From Flavobacteriaceae bacterium (GTDB taxonomy: Bacteria > Bacteroidota > Bacteroidia > Flavobacteriales > Flavobacteriaceae): DNA of 64,000 nt. This document shows positions 17,482 to 27,064 of this stretch, one piece after another (within the stretch, counting starts at the first letter, position 1; every line of letters starts with the position of its first letter). A program made the position numbers and the translations under genes. The DNA lies in assembly GCA_947457255.1 (NCBI GenBank), contig CANGUZ010000002.1:22431-86430 (forward strand). Direction: 5' to 3'. The notes under the pieces were generated by a model. That model was not told the DNA's origin. It saw nothing but the letters and a program-made list of their open reading frames with translations, and did no database searches.

Positions 17482-18321
17482 ATGAAATCGCTATTTGATA
17501 AAATTTCATTTGAATGTAGTAGGAACGTTACGCAGTCCTACAGCACTTCTTTTTCCTCGGCCGTAAAAATGTTGGCACCAAGTATACGACAAGACATTTA
17601 TAATATTTATGGTTTTGTGCGATTTGCAGATGAAATTGTAGATACTTTTCATGAGTATAACAAAGAAGAATTGTTTTCAATTTTTGAGACAAATTTAGAA
17701 CTGGCTTTAAAACATAAAATCAGTTTAAATCCAATCTTAAATTCTTTTCAACATACCGTTTCTAAATATAACATTCCAAATGAATTGATTGACGCTTTCA
17801 TGAAAAGCATGAAACTCGATTTAACTAAAACCGAATATAAAAGTCAGGAAGAATATAATGAGTACATTTTTGGCTCGGCAGATGTTGTAGGCTTAATGTG
17901 TTTGAAAGTTTTTGTTAATGGCGATGCTGCAAAATATGAAGAATTAAAAGAATCTGCCATGCGACTGGGATCGGCTTTCCAGAAAGTGAATTTTCTTCGG
18001 GATTTGAAAGCTGATTTTGAAGATTTAAACAGAACGTATTTCCCAAATACCGATTTGAATCGTTTAGACGAAGTTTCAAAATTGAAAATTATTGAAGAAA
18101 TTGAAGCCGATTTTAAAGCCGGTTATGAAGGAATTGTATATTTACCATTAGAGGCAAAATTTGGCGTTTACACCGCTTATTGCTATTATAAAAAATTGCT
18201 TTCCAAGTTAAAAAAAACACCTTCATCTGAAATAAAAAACACCCGAATTAGGGTTTCTGATTATCAAAAATACGGTCTTTTTGCCAAGTGCTATTTCTCA
18301 TACAAATTGAATATAATTTAA
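17482..18321 (+). CDS. crtB: Phytoene synthase
   Basis: YSTSF, RFADEIVD, ADVVGLM, FQKVNFLRD. Confidence 0.95.
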   Translation: MKSLFDKISFECSRNVTQSYSTSFSSAVKMLAPSIRQDIYNIYGFVRFADEIVDTFHEYNKEELFSIFETNLELALKHKISLNPILNSFQHTVSKYNIPNELIDAFMKSMKLDLTKTEYKSQEEYNEYIFGSADVVGLMCLKVFVNGDAAKYEELKESAMRLGSAFQKVNFLRDLKADFEDLNRTYFPNTDLNRLDEVSKLKIIEEIEADFKAGYEGIVYLPLEAKFGVYTAYCYYKKLLSKLKKTPSSEIKNTRIRVSDYQKYGLFAKCYFSYKLNII

Positions 18322-18333
18322 ATTTAAAATATC

Positions 18334-18777
18334 ATGTGGTTGAATGTTTTTGTTTTTTTTGCAACTTTTATCTTCATGGAGTTTATGGCTTGGTTCAGTC
18401 ATAAATACATTATGCACGGATTTTTATGGTCATTACATGCCGATCATCATAAAAAAGATCATGATTCTTGGTTTGAACGTAATGACGCTTTTTTTATTTT
18501 TTATGCAGTGGTTAGTATTGGATTTTTCTTGCTGTGGCAAAACAATATTCTAGCTATTGGACTGGCCTTAGGATTAGGGATTTTTGCTTATGGATTGGCT
18601 TATTTTATCGTTCATGATATCTTTATTCATCAACGTTTTAAATTGTTCCGAAATGCTAATAGTGCCTATGGTAAAGCGGTAAGAAGAGCTCATAAAATGC
18701 ACCATAAACACGTAGGAAAAGAAGATGGCGAATGTTTTGGGATGTTGTTTGTACCTTTCAAATATTTCAAGAAGTAA
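18334..18777 (+). CDS. crtZ: Beta-carotene hydroxylase
   Basis: HKYIMHG, HADHH, FERND, HDIFIHQR, HKMHH. Confidence 0.93.
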   Translation: MWLNVFVFFATFIFMEFMAWFSHKYIMHGFLWSLHADHHKKDHDSWFERNDAFFIFYAVVSIGFFLLWQNNILAIGLALGLGIFAYGLAYFIVHDIFIHQRFKLFRNANSAYGKAVRRAHKMHHKHVGKEDGECFGMLFVPFKYFKK

Positions 18778-18790
18778 TTTTATTTCATAA

Positions 18791-18827
18791 AAAAAGCGTT
18801 CCAGTTTACTAAATCAGGACGCTTTTT
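18791..18827. terminator. Bidirectional terminator
   Basis: AAAAAGCGTTC/GGACGCTTTTT between convergent operons. Confidence 0.75.
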
Positions 18828-18849
18828 GAATTGAATTAACCTTTTAAAT

Positions 18850-19386
18850 CTATTTTTTAAACATTTCCTGCAGGGGTTTCAATTGTTCTAAATCGATATT
18901 AGCACTTTGTAAAACTGACATCATGGTCATAATATTGGTTGGATTCATGTCTCTTCCTAAAATTCGAATCACTGCAAATCCGTTTTCTTTTTTATTAGCA
19001 AATAAGACAAACTCTTCAATATGATCGTCTGTACCTACAAAACTTACAGACGCACCCTCTTTGCCTGAACCAAATTTCATCAATTGTTGGTATTTCACAT
19101 CTTTTAAAATAGTGTCTACTTTAGCACGTTCTATTTCAAATTGCGCTTGATTTGTAGCATTTAATTTGAAAGCTAGAATATTCATTTTATCAAATGATTG
19201 CAAGGCTTGATTTTGTTCTGCTGATAATTCTGATTTATCAATATTCAAAATGCTCGGCGACACATCTAGTGCAATAAAATTCTTGTTTTCGGTATTTTCT
19301 ACAAAGTATTTCTGCAAACTAGGTTCTGAATTGCAACTTAATAAAATCAAACTGCAAATCGCTAAAAAACAGTAAATCAGTCGCAT
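18850..19386 (-). CDS. DUF4252 lipoprotein
   Basis: Lipobox LLSC, SLQKYFV, YQQLM, EFVLF. Confidence 0.8.
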   Translation of the reverse strand: MRLIYCFLAICSLILLSCNSEPSLQKYFVENTENKNFIALDVSPSILNIDKSELSAEQNQALQSFDKMNILAFKLNATNQAQFEIERAKVDTILKDVKYQQLMKFGSGKEGASVSFVGTDDHIEEFVLFANKKENGFAVIRILGRDMNPTNIMTMMSVLQSANIDLEQLKPLQEMFKK

Positions 19387-19387
19387 A

Positions 19388-19915
19388 CTACTTTTTCCCT
19401 TTTGTTGCTTTCTTCAAATCGTCACCGCCAGGAATTCTCATTTTATCGGTAAGAACTGAAATTTCATTCAAATCGAAATCACCAGTCAATGACATTAAAA
19501 CTGTATCGTCATTCTTAGCACCCTCAATAAACATCAGTAATTCTTTAACTTGAGAATCGCTTGCCCCTGATTTTACAAGAATTTTAATGTTTCTTCCGTT
19601 TTCGTTTACACGCATCAATTCTTCTAAACCTGATGTTTTTATGTACTTGTCGGCAGCCGCTTTCATTTCATTTTCTACTCTTGTACTTTTTGTGGTAAAC
19701 ACTTTTAGATTGTCTAATTTTTTAATCAAATTGAGATATTGCTGCGCTTGTTTGTCAGTGGCATCCATTTTTACCTTACTCATCAATTCGAACATTTTTT
19801 TGTTCACTATAATTGAGGTTACATCATCTTGACCATCGAATTTATCAAAAGCCGACTGTCCGAAAAAAGTATTTGAAACAAATACAAATACTGCTGTGAT
19901 TATAAATTTTCTCAT
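19388..19915 (-). CDS. DUF4252 protein
   Basis: Signal peptide; VTSIIVNKKMF, LEELMRV, ELLMFI. Confidence 0.8.
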   Translation of the reverse strand: MRKFIITAVFVFVSNTFFGQSAFDKFDGQDDVTSIIVNKKMFELMSKVKMDATDKQAQQYLNLIKKLDNLKVFTTKSTRVENEMKAAADKYIKTSGLEELMRVNENGRNIKILVKSGASDSQVKELLMFIEGAKNDDTVLMSLTGDFDLNEISVLTDKMRIPGGDDLKKATKGKK

Positions 19916-19926
19916 TTTTTTATTTA

Positions 19927-20373
19927 TTATGGTTTAAAAATTAAATTTTTTGAATGCTGATATTCTTCAACATAGCGAACGCTTTCTATGCCTATGTTTA
20001 CTTGATTTGACAATAAGGCTAATGCTTTTTGGGTTTCCTTAAAAGCAATTTCAGGATCGTTATAGGTTCCTAAATCCTGATTTTGATTAGCATAAGTATT
20101 AAAATATACATACGTTCCTATTCCTAGCAAAACAACAACCGATGCCGCAATTGACAACCAAGTTACTCTAAGTCTTTTAGATTGTAATTGAATATTTGGC
20201 TTAAATTCTTCCTGTTTTGCAACAGCAAAATAACCAAATAAAGGTTTGTACTGTTCTAAATGAGGCAATACATTTGGGGAAGAAAAATAATTTCGCAACT
20301 CGTTTTCTTCGCTACTATTGGTTTGTCCCTCAAAGTATTTTTCCAATAGTATTTCTATTTTACTGGACTCCAT
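19927..20373 (-). CDS. Putative single-TM anti-sigma factor
   Basis: LLEKYFEGQT..EE.EL, WLSIAAS TM helix; overlaps the sigma gene. Confidence 0.75.
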   Translation of the reverse strand: MESSKIEILLEKYFEGQTNSSEENELRNYFSSPNVLPHLEQYKPLFGYFAVAKQEEFKPNIQLQSKRLRVTWLSIAASVVVLLGIGTYVYFNTYANQNQDLGTYNDPEIAFKETQKALALLSNQVNIGIESVRYVEEYQHSKNLIFKP

Positions 20374-20869
20374 AATTGTGTGTTTTTATCATAAATTCAC
20401 GTATTGTTTTTCTTGCTCTTGAAAGCGCTACTCGAATAGCGGTTTCATTCAATTCTAAAATTGTAGCGATTTCTTCAAATTCATATTGCTCGATATCTCT
20501 AAGTTGAACAATTAATCGTTGTTGTTCAGGTAATTGGTCAATTATTTTCTCCACCCAATGTAAACTGTCGCTGTCTTCTACTTTTTTGTCTAAACCAGGC
20601 TGGTTTTCTGTAAAATTAGTATGCTCAATCTTAAGATTTCCAGCTCTTTTTGACTTTAACTGATCTAGACAATAATTTTTAGTAATAGTCATCGCAAAAG
20701 CTTCAACACTATTATAATTATCTAAATTTTCATTTTTACTCCATAATTTTACTAAAACTTCCTGAGTAGCATCTTCAGCTTCCTCAGTACTTATGAGCAA
20801 TCGCTTTGCCAGCCTAAAGACCTTGTCCTTGAATGGCGCAATTAGCAACACAAAGTCGTTTTGGTTCAT
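20360..20869 (-). CDS. ECF RNA polymerase sigma factor
   Basis: EAEDATQEV, NYCLD, LPEQQR, EEIA, LSRARK. Confidence 0.92.
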   Translation of the reverse strand: MNQNDFVLLIAPFKDKVFRLAKRLLISTEEAEDATQEVLVKLWSKNENLDNYNSVEAFAMTITKNYCLDQLKSKRAGNLKIEHTNFTENQPGLDKKVEDSDSLHWVEKIIDQLPEQQRLIVQLRDIEQYEFEEIATILELNETAIRVALSRARKTIREFMIKTHNYGVQ

Positions 20870-20900
20870 AAAATCATTTAATAACTCGTTATACAATCAA

Positions 20901-20926
20901 GACGACAGACATTTATATTTGTTACA
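20901..20926 (-). promoter_or_regulatory. Putative ECF autoregulatory promoter
   Basis: TGTAAC-N16-CGTC on the minus strand about 30 nt upstream of the sigma start. Confidence 0.6.
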
Positions 20927-20989
20927 AAGAATAGAAAATAAAACTAAAGTTAGTATTTTTACGTTGATAATATATCAACACTACTTTTT

Positions 20990-22459
20990 ATGAAACCATT
21001 ATTTAAATTTATACTTTTATTTTTCCTGCCTTTTTTTGCTTTACAAAGTTGTGAAGATTTTGATGATGTAGCTACACCAGAAGAATTAAAAGTAAATGAT
21101 TTCATTTGGAAAGGCTTAAATTTATATTATTTATGGCAAGCCGATGTCCCAAATTTGTCGGATTCTAGATTTCAATATCAAAAAGATTTAAATTCATTTC
21201 TCTATAGTTACTCTAATCAGTCTGATTTGTTTCAAAATTTACTTAATAAACCTATAAGTAAATTTCCTAAAAGCGATGCTATAGATCGATTTAGTTTCAT
21301 CACTTCCGATTATTCTTTATTAGAAGGGGTTCTTTCTGGAACTACAAAAAACAATGGGGTTTCATATAGCTTTAAGTATAAAAACCAAGACGAAAATGCT
21401 GTTATTGGCTTTGTTGAATATGTTTTACCTAATTCAGATGCTTCAAACAAAGACATTAAACGTGGCGATATTTTTTATGCTGTAAATGGAGTAGCTTTGT
21501 TTAGAGATAGAGCCAATACTAGAAATGAAAATTTGTCTCAATTAAGCAAGTCTGAAACCTATACTTTAAATCTTGCCGATTATGATAACGGAAATTTTAC
21601 TCCTAATGGTCGATCTGTAACTTTAACGAAAACTGTTTTGTCTGAAAATCCTGTTTATATTAATAAAGTAATCGAGAGTGGTAATGCTAAGATTGGGTAT
21701 TTAATGTACAATGGTTTTTATCCTAATTATGAAACTCAATTGAATAACGCTTTTGGGGAATTAAAATCGCAAGGAATAACTGATTTTGTTTTAGATTTAC
21801 GATACAATCCTGGAGGTTCTGTTGCTACTGCTACCCGATTAGCGAGTATGATTACCGGACAATTTAAAGGTCAAGTTTTTGCTAGACAGCAATGGAATGC
21901 TAAAGTAGAAGCCAATTTTAACGCTACTAACCGTGACAATTTAACCAATTTTTTTACAGATAAAATTAATAGCGGCGCAAATATAAATAGTTTGAATTTG
22001 AACAAAATATATATTCTAACTTCAGAAAATACTGCGTCAGCAAGTGAATTAGTAATTAATGGACTGAAACCGTATATAAACGTTATTCAAATTGGGGATT
22101 TTACTACAGGAAAAAATGTAGGGTCCATTACATTATATGACTCCCCAGATTTTTCTAAAAAAGATATAAATCCTTCACATCGTTATGCTATGCAACCATT
22201 AGTTTTAAAAATTGTAAATAAAGACGGGTTTGGAGATTATAATAAAGGAGGATTAAAACCCGATGTTGAGTTAAAAGAAGATTTTACAAAATTAGGTGTT
22301 TTAGGTGACCTGAGCGATCCGCTCTTAGACCTTGCGATTTCTAAAATTAAAGGTTCTGGAAGAAAAGCTCCACAAAATCCCAAAGTAATTTTTGAAAACA
22401 TTATAGACAACTACACTTTAAATAGATTTAAAAGCGAGATGTATGTAGAATTGCCTTAA
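20990..22459 (+). CDS. S41 family peptidase lipoprotein with PDZ domain
   Basis: LQSC lipobox, DRFS, LDLRYNPGG, TASASE, TTGK. Confidence 0.9.
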   Translation: MKPLFKFILLFFLPFFALQSCEDFDDVATPEELKVNDFIWKGLNLYYLWQADVPNLSDSRFQYQKDLNSFLYSYSNQSDLFQNLLNKPISKFPKSDAIDRFSFITSDYSLLEGVLSGTTKNNGVSYSFKYKNQDENAVIGFVEYVLPNSDASNKDIKRGDIFYAVNGVALFRDRANTRNENLSQLSKSETYTLNLADYDNGNFTPNGRSVTLTKTVLSENPVYINKVIESGNAKIGYLMYNGFYPNYETQLNNAFGELKSQGITDFVLDLRYNPGGSVATATRLASMITGQFKGQVFARQQWNAKVEANFNATNRDNLTNFFTDKINSGANINSLNLNKIYILTSENTASASELVINGLKPYINVIQIGDFTTGKNVGSITLYDSPDFSKKDINPSHRYAMQPLVLKIVNKDGFGDYNKGGLKPDVELKEDFTKLGVLGDLSDPLLDLAISKIKGSGRKAPQNPKVIFENIIDNYTLNRFKSEMYVELP

Positions 22460-22518
22460 TTATTCAAAAATAGGGTAAGCATTGCAATTTAGTACATTTT
22501 ACTTTAACTTTTAAAAAA

Positions 22519-22574
22519 TTTACCACAGATTCACAGATTTTAATGTTCTAATTAATCTGCGAATCTGCGGTAAA
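22519..22574. repeat. REP-like palindrome of CACAGATT units
   Basis: TTTACCACAGATTCACAGATT ... AATCTGCGAATCTGCGGTAAA. Confidence 0.8.
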
Positions 22575-22641
22575 AAAGCATTTTTTTCTAGTATCATTTA
22601 GTCTGACAAAACAAATTTATGTACTTAAAGTCTATAGTGGT

Positions 22642-23712
22642 TTAATTAAAATAAAATCCTGCTGGAATTATTCCAACAGTTTTAGATGATTCTAAAGTTC
22701 CTTTAGATGAATATATATGAACATTTCCATCAGAACTATAATCTCCTGCATCTCCAACATAAATTTTTCCGTTTTGAACTTCAAAACTATATACACCATA
22801 AACTCCTTGCGCAGTTGTAGAAAATAAAGCAACATTTGGTAATGTTGATGCAGTTACAGTTGTTTTAAAAATATCCGAACCGACTGTATAAAACAAATCA
22901 CTATTTGAAATTTCTAAATTAGATGGATGTAATGGTAATATAAAATCTATTGTACCTGAAACAGCATCATTTGATAAGTTTATTTTTGATAATTTTCCTG
23001 CAGTTTCACTATTAGTCCAGCTTGGTTTTCCACCGCTTAAAACGTATAAAGTACCTCCTGAAATTTCTAAAGAATTAGGAACATCTCCAACGTCTATAGA
23101 TGACACCGCATTAGTAGACAGATTAATTACTGATACTGTTGAACCAAATCCAAATCCTCCTTGTTGCGCTACATATAATTTATTATTTGAAATAACCAGT
23201 CGTTCTGGACCCTCCAAAACCGGAATTGGGGTTGAAAGTGAATTGTCTGACAAGTTTATAACTGCAATATAGTCATCAGTTGTACTACCACCATTTCCCC
23301 AATTAGAAACATATCCTTTTCCTTCATTAAAAACAATGTATCTTGGATTTGATAAACCTTTAGAAATTGTTGCAACATAAGCCATTGTATAGCGATTTAC
23401 AATTTTTATTGTATTAGAACCATTTAAAACAATGTAAGCTAACTCATTATAAAAACCAACATCTTGAGCCGTATCACCTAGCGTAATTTCAGGATTTACC
23501 AATGCAAAAATATTGTTTTGAAAAGTATTTAAATCCTCAGAAAGATAGGATATCGAAGCGTTGCCTTTATTAAATCCTCCTTGATTTAAAATCAAAACGC
23601 CATTATCATAAGCTCCTAGTGGTGTTTCAACAATTGTATCATCGTTGTCACTACAAGAAGTAAAAAAAACAGCGCTAAATAAAGCCAAAAAAACTAATTT
23701 GTTAAGATTCAT
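22642..23712 (-). CDS. btuG: Surface beta-propeller lipoprotein, BtuG-like (YncE/DUF5074)
   Basis: Lipobox plus acidic export signal CSDNDD; LNQG, LGDTAQ, PRY; follows the TonB receptor. Confidence 0.75.
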   Translation of the reverse strand: MNLNKLVFLALFSAVFFTSCSDNDDTIVETPLGAYDNGVLILNQGGFNKGNASISYLSEDLNTFQNNIFALVNPEITLGDTAQDVGFYNELAYIVLNGSNTIKIVNRYTMAYVATISKGLSNPRYIVFNEGKGYVSNWGNGGSTTDDYIAVINLSDNSLSTPIPVLEGPERLVISNNKLYVAQQGGFGFGSTVSVINLSTNAVSSIDVGDVPNSLEISGGTLYVLSGGKPSWTNSETAGKLSKINLSNDAVSGTIDFILPLHPSNLEISNSDLFYTVGSDIFKTTVTASTLPNVALFSTTAQGVYGVYSFEVQNGKIYVGDAGDYSSDGNVHIYSSKGTLESSKTVGIIPAGFYFN

Positions 23713-23717
23713 AATTA

Positions 23718-25541
23718 TTATAGATTATAGTTAAAATTCACTGTGTAATTCCTCCCAGGCATAGGGCGTTGTTCTACATTTTGATACTTTTCATTAAAAA
23801 GATTTTGCGCCTGAAATCCTAGTTTGCATGACTTCAAAAACTGATATTCAATTCCTAAATTCACAACGGTATATTCTTTTAGTTTGTATTTATTATCAAA
23901 TGAAGTAAACACCTGACCATTAAATAAATAATTTGAATAAAAAGTTATTTTTTTATAAGAGTAAGCAACGCTAGAGATTAATTTATGATACGGAACATAA
24001 ATCAATTGCTTTTTGGTTATTTCATTTTCTGAAACAGTATATCCATAATTGGCAACAAATTGTATAGTTTGATTTTTATTTATTTGCTTTTCATAACTTA
24101 GACGTGTTTCTATACCATATGTTTTTACTTTATTGGTATTTATAGGTTGCCAAAGACCAGAATCATTTGGTTTCCAGCTTATCATATCAGCGATTTTATT
24201 GTAAAATCCTGAAATTGAAAAAACAAAATTTTTAAGTGTGATTTCTTGAATTAAATCAAATTGATAAGCACTTTCTGGATTCAAATTTTCGTTTCCACTA
24301 GGGTTATAGTATAAATCATTGAAAGTGGGGATTCTGAAATTTTTTGAGAAATTAAATTTTGTTGTATATGTTTTAGAAATCTTATAATTAGTTCCAAAAG
24401 CATATAATATAGGGCTTTTGTAATTTGAAGTTACTTCTTTTCTAACATTCAATTCATATAAAAGTTTATCTGTAAGTTGATGTTTCATTAGAAAAATTCC
24501 TGATAGAATTTGACGACTATTTTCTTTTAAATCTGAGCCAAAACCTTTGGCTTTAGTAAAATCTATAAGTGTATTGAAACTAATTTTATCATTTAATTTA
24601 TAAGATAAGTCATATTTAGCAATTGCTGTTTCCGATTTTCCAAAACTATAATTGTATAAATCCTTATCTTCAAAATAGTTGTACGATTCTGTTAAAAAAG
24701 CCAATCGAACATTCGAAATTGTATTTTTATAAATATTAGAAAACTCAATTAAATTTCTAGTATTAAAATCCTGATACTTGCTTTTAGAACCTGAAGCTAG
24801 TGTTCCAGAAAAATGCCTTTCACCATCAAAAAGTTGAATGTAGAATTTTATAAAATTTGTTGCATTTATTTTATACCCAAAGTTAAAACTGGCACTTGTA
24901 TTGTAAAATTGACCATTTTCATTCTTTTTATTCGTACCTAAATAATCAAAATCATTATCGGAACTATTTCTAGAAACTGAGAATTGAGAGCTCATTTTTT
25001 TAGTTGATGCTTTGACCAAAAAATCCACATTTAGTGTATTGAAACTTCCGTACCGTAAGTGTAAATTATTTGAAAATTCTTTTTCAAAGTTAAAATCGTT
25101 ATTCAAATGAATGCTTCCGCCAATAGCACTCGAACCATAAATCGAGCTTCCACCTCCGGCACGAATGGATATTGAATTATAATTAGAACTATTTAAAGTA
25201 TTAAAATCAGTAAGTCCGTTAAGTTGTGAATTGATGTTAATTCCGTTCCAAATAACAGCGGTTTGTTGCGCCGTTGTCCCCCTAAAAGAGGGCGAAGAAA
25301 CCATTCCTAATCCGTTTTCTTTGAAATAAATAGTAGAATTAAAATTTAAAAGTGAAGTTAATGAAGACCTGTTTTTAAAAATAACAGAATCATTGATTTT
25401 TAAAATCGATTTAGAGTTCGAAAACTTTTTTAATTGGCTATCAGTAACATTTACTTCCTTTAAAACAATAGAATCAGTTTGCCCCAAAATAAATTGGCAC
25501 ATAAAAAAGAATAGCAACAGATATTGTTTTCTTAAAGTCAT
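23718..25541 (-). CDS. btuB: TonB-dependent cobalamin receptor
   Basis: Plug motifs SFRG, WNGI, YGSSAIGG; FRIPTFNDLY, LNPE, PGRNY; preceded by a B12 riboswitch. Confidence 0.85.
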   Translation of the reverse strand: MTLRKQYLLLFFFMCQFILGQTDSIVLKEVNVTDSQLKKFSNSKSILKINDSVIFKNRSSLTSLLNFNSTIYFKENGLGMVSSPSFRGTTAQQTAVIWNGININSQLNGLTDFNTLNSSNYNSISIRAGGGSSIYGSSAIGGSIHLNNDFNFEKEFSNNLHLRYGSFNTLNVDFLVKASTKKMSSQFSVSRNSSDNDFDYLGTNKKNENGQFYNTSASFNFGYKINATNFIKFYIQLFDGERHFSGTLASGSKSKYQDFNTRNLIEFSNIYKNTISNVRLAFLTESYNYFEDKDLYNYSFGKSETAIAKYDLSYKLNDKISFNTLIDFTKAKGFGSDLKENSRQILSGIFLMKHQLTDKLLYELNVRKEVTSNYKSPILYAFGTNYKISKTYTTKFNFSKNFRIPTFNDLYYNPSGNENLNPESAYQFDLIQEITLKNFVFSISGFYNKIADMISWKPNDSGLWQPINTNKVKTYGIETRLSYEKQINKNQTIQFVANYGYTVSENEITKKQLIYVPYHKLISSVAYSYKKITFYSNYLFNGQVFTSFDNKYKLKEYTVVNLGIEYQFLKSCKLGFQAQNLFNEKYQNVEQRPMPGRNYTVNFNYNL

Positions 25542-25586
25542 AATTTCAGAATCTTTTTTCCCGAAGATTCGATATTTATTAAAAAA

Positions 25587-25822
25587 AAGGCAGGTCTCCT
25601 GGCTTGCGTCTTGTTGTTGACCTTCCCATTCAAAGTTGGAGGTTAGAAGTTAGAGTTTAGAAGTATTAAACTTCTAACCCCTAACTTCTAACTTCCCACT
25701 TTCAAAACAGTGGTTTTGTAGATAACAACAAGCTTAGTAGCTTACAGTTGCGGGAACAGCTTAGGTTTTGAACCTAATTCCCTTTTAATGTGATTTTCAA
25801 ATAAAAGAAAAACACAACCTTA
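25587..25822 (-). ncRNA. Cobalamin riboswitch
   Basis: Minus strand: GGT..AAAAGGGAA..GGT..GCTGTTCCCGCAACTGTAA..CCACTG..TGGGAAGG..AAGCCAGGAGACCTGCC; TACATTTG promoter at 25832-25839. Confidence 0.95.
25632..25702. repeat. Heptamer-repeat (GTTAGAA) hairpin inside the riboswitch
   Basis: AAAGTTGGAGGTTAGAAGTTAGAGTTTAGAAGT / ACTTCTAACCCCTAACTTCTAACTTCCCACTTT. Confidence 0.85.
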
Positions 25823-25917
25823 ATTCGAGTGCAAATGTAAGATTATATTTGAATAAAAAATAAAATTTGATTTTTAATTGCGATTAGATATACCTTTGCC
25901 TTTTTGAAATCAATTCC

Positions 25918-27063
25918 ATGAAATTAGCTGTTTTAAAATTTACACTGTTCTTATTTGTACTTTCATTCATTGGATGCAAACAAAATAGTGAAAACGTATT
26001 TTCAGCGAAAGTAGGAACTTCAAAAAATGTAATTCATTATGCATCTGGACTTTATATTACAAATCACAAAGGATTTTCAGTTATAAAAGTTTCAAATCCT
26101 TGGCCAAAAGCAGCCAAAAATTACACTTATATTTTAAAAGAAAAAAACGGAATTGTTCCTGATAGTTTACAACAATTTACAACGATTCAGGTTCCTATTC
26201 AATCCATTGTAGTAACATCAACAACGCATATTCCTTCATTAGAAATACTTGGAGTTGAAAATTCGCTTATTGGTTTTCCGCATTTAGATTACATATCTTC
26301 CGAAAAAGTACGAAGCAGAATTGAACAAGGAAAAATTAAAGAATTAGGAAACAATCAATTCTTAAATACAGAAGTTTTGATTGATTTACAACCTCAAATA
26401 ATTATTGGTTACGGTATTGACAACAACAACCCAACACTAGACAACTTACAAAAAAGCGGTTTAAAGGTGCTATTAAATGGCGATTGGAATGAATCAACAC
26501 CTCTAGGAAAAGCAGAATGGATTAAATTATTTGGTGCTTTATATTGCAAACAAGTTGAAGCAAACAAAATCTTTGCTACTATCGAAAAAGAATATATAGA
26601 AACAATGGTACTGGCAAAAAAAGCAACCTCAAAACCTACTATTTTAGCTGGAGATATTTTTGAAGGCAAATGGTATTTACCAAGCGGTAGCAGTTGGGGG
26701 AGTTTGCTTTTTAAAGAAGCAAATGCCAATTATTTATGGCAAGACACTAAAGGAACAGGAAGTTTATCATTGTCGTTTGAAACCGTATTTGAAAAAGCAA
26801 AAAACGCTGACTTTTGGATAACCTCGGGACAATTCTCAACTTTAAAAGCCATGTCTGATGCCAATCCGCATTACAATCAATTTAAGGCTTTTCAAAATAA
26901 AAAAGTATATTCGTTTTGTGGTAAAAAAGGAAAAACTGGTGGCATTTTATATTATGAATTGGGACCAAATCGCCCTGATATTGTTTTGAAAGATTTGGTG
27001 AAAATTTTACACCCTGAATTATTAATAGGCTATGAGCCTTTCTTTTTTAAAAAATTGAACTAA
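25918..27063 (+). CDS. btuF: Cobalamin/iron-chelate ABC substrate-binding lipoprotein
   Basis: IGC lipobox, TSTTH, TPLGKAEWIK, RPDIVLKDL. Confidence 0.8.
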   Translation: MKLAVLKFTLFLFVLSFIGCKQNSENVFSAKVGTSKNVIHYASGLYITNHKGFSVIKVSNPWPKAAKNYTYILKEKNGIVPDSLQQFTTIQVPIQSIVVTSTTHIPSLEILGVENSLIGFPHLDYISSEKVRSRIEQGKIKELGNNQFLNTEVLIDLQPQIIIGYGIDNNNPTLDNLQKSGLKVLLNGDWNESTPLGKAEWIKLFGALYCKQVEANKIFATIEKEYIETMVLAKKATSKPTILAGDIFEGKWYLPSGSSWGSLLFKEANANYLWQDTKGTGSLSLSFETVFEKAKNADFWITSGQFSTLKAMSDANPHYNQFKAFQNKKVYSFCGKKGKTGGILYYELGPNRPDIVLKDLVKILHPELLIGYEPFFFKKLN

Positions 27064-27064
27064 T

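Noticed and set aside
16017-18777. Absence of crtY/crtE from the carotenoid cluster
   Set aside because: These genes are often unlinked in Flavobacterium, so absence from this window says nothing
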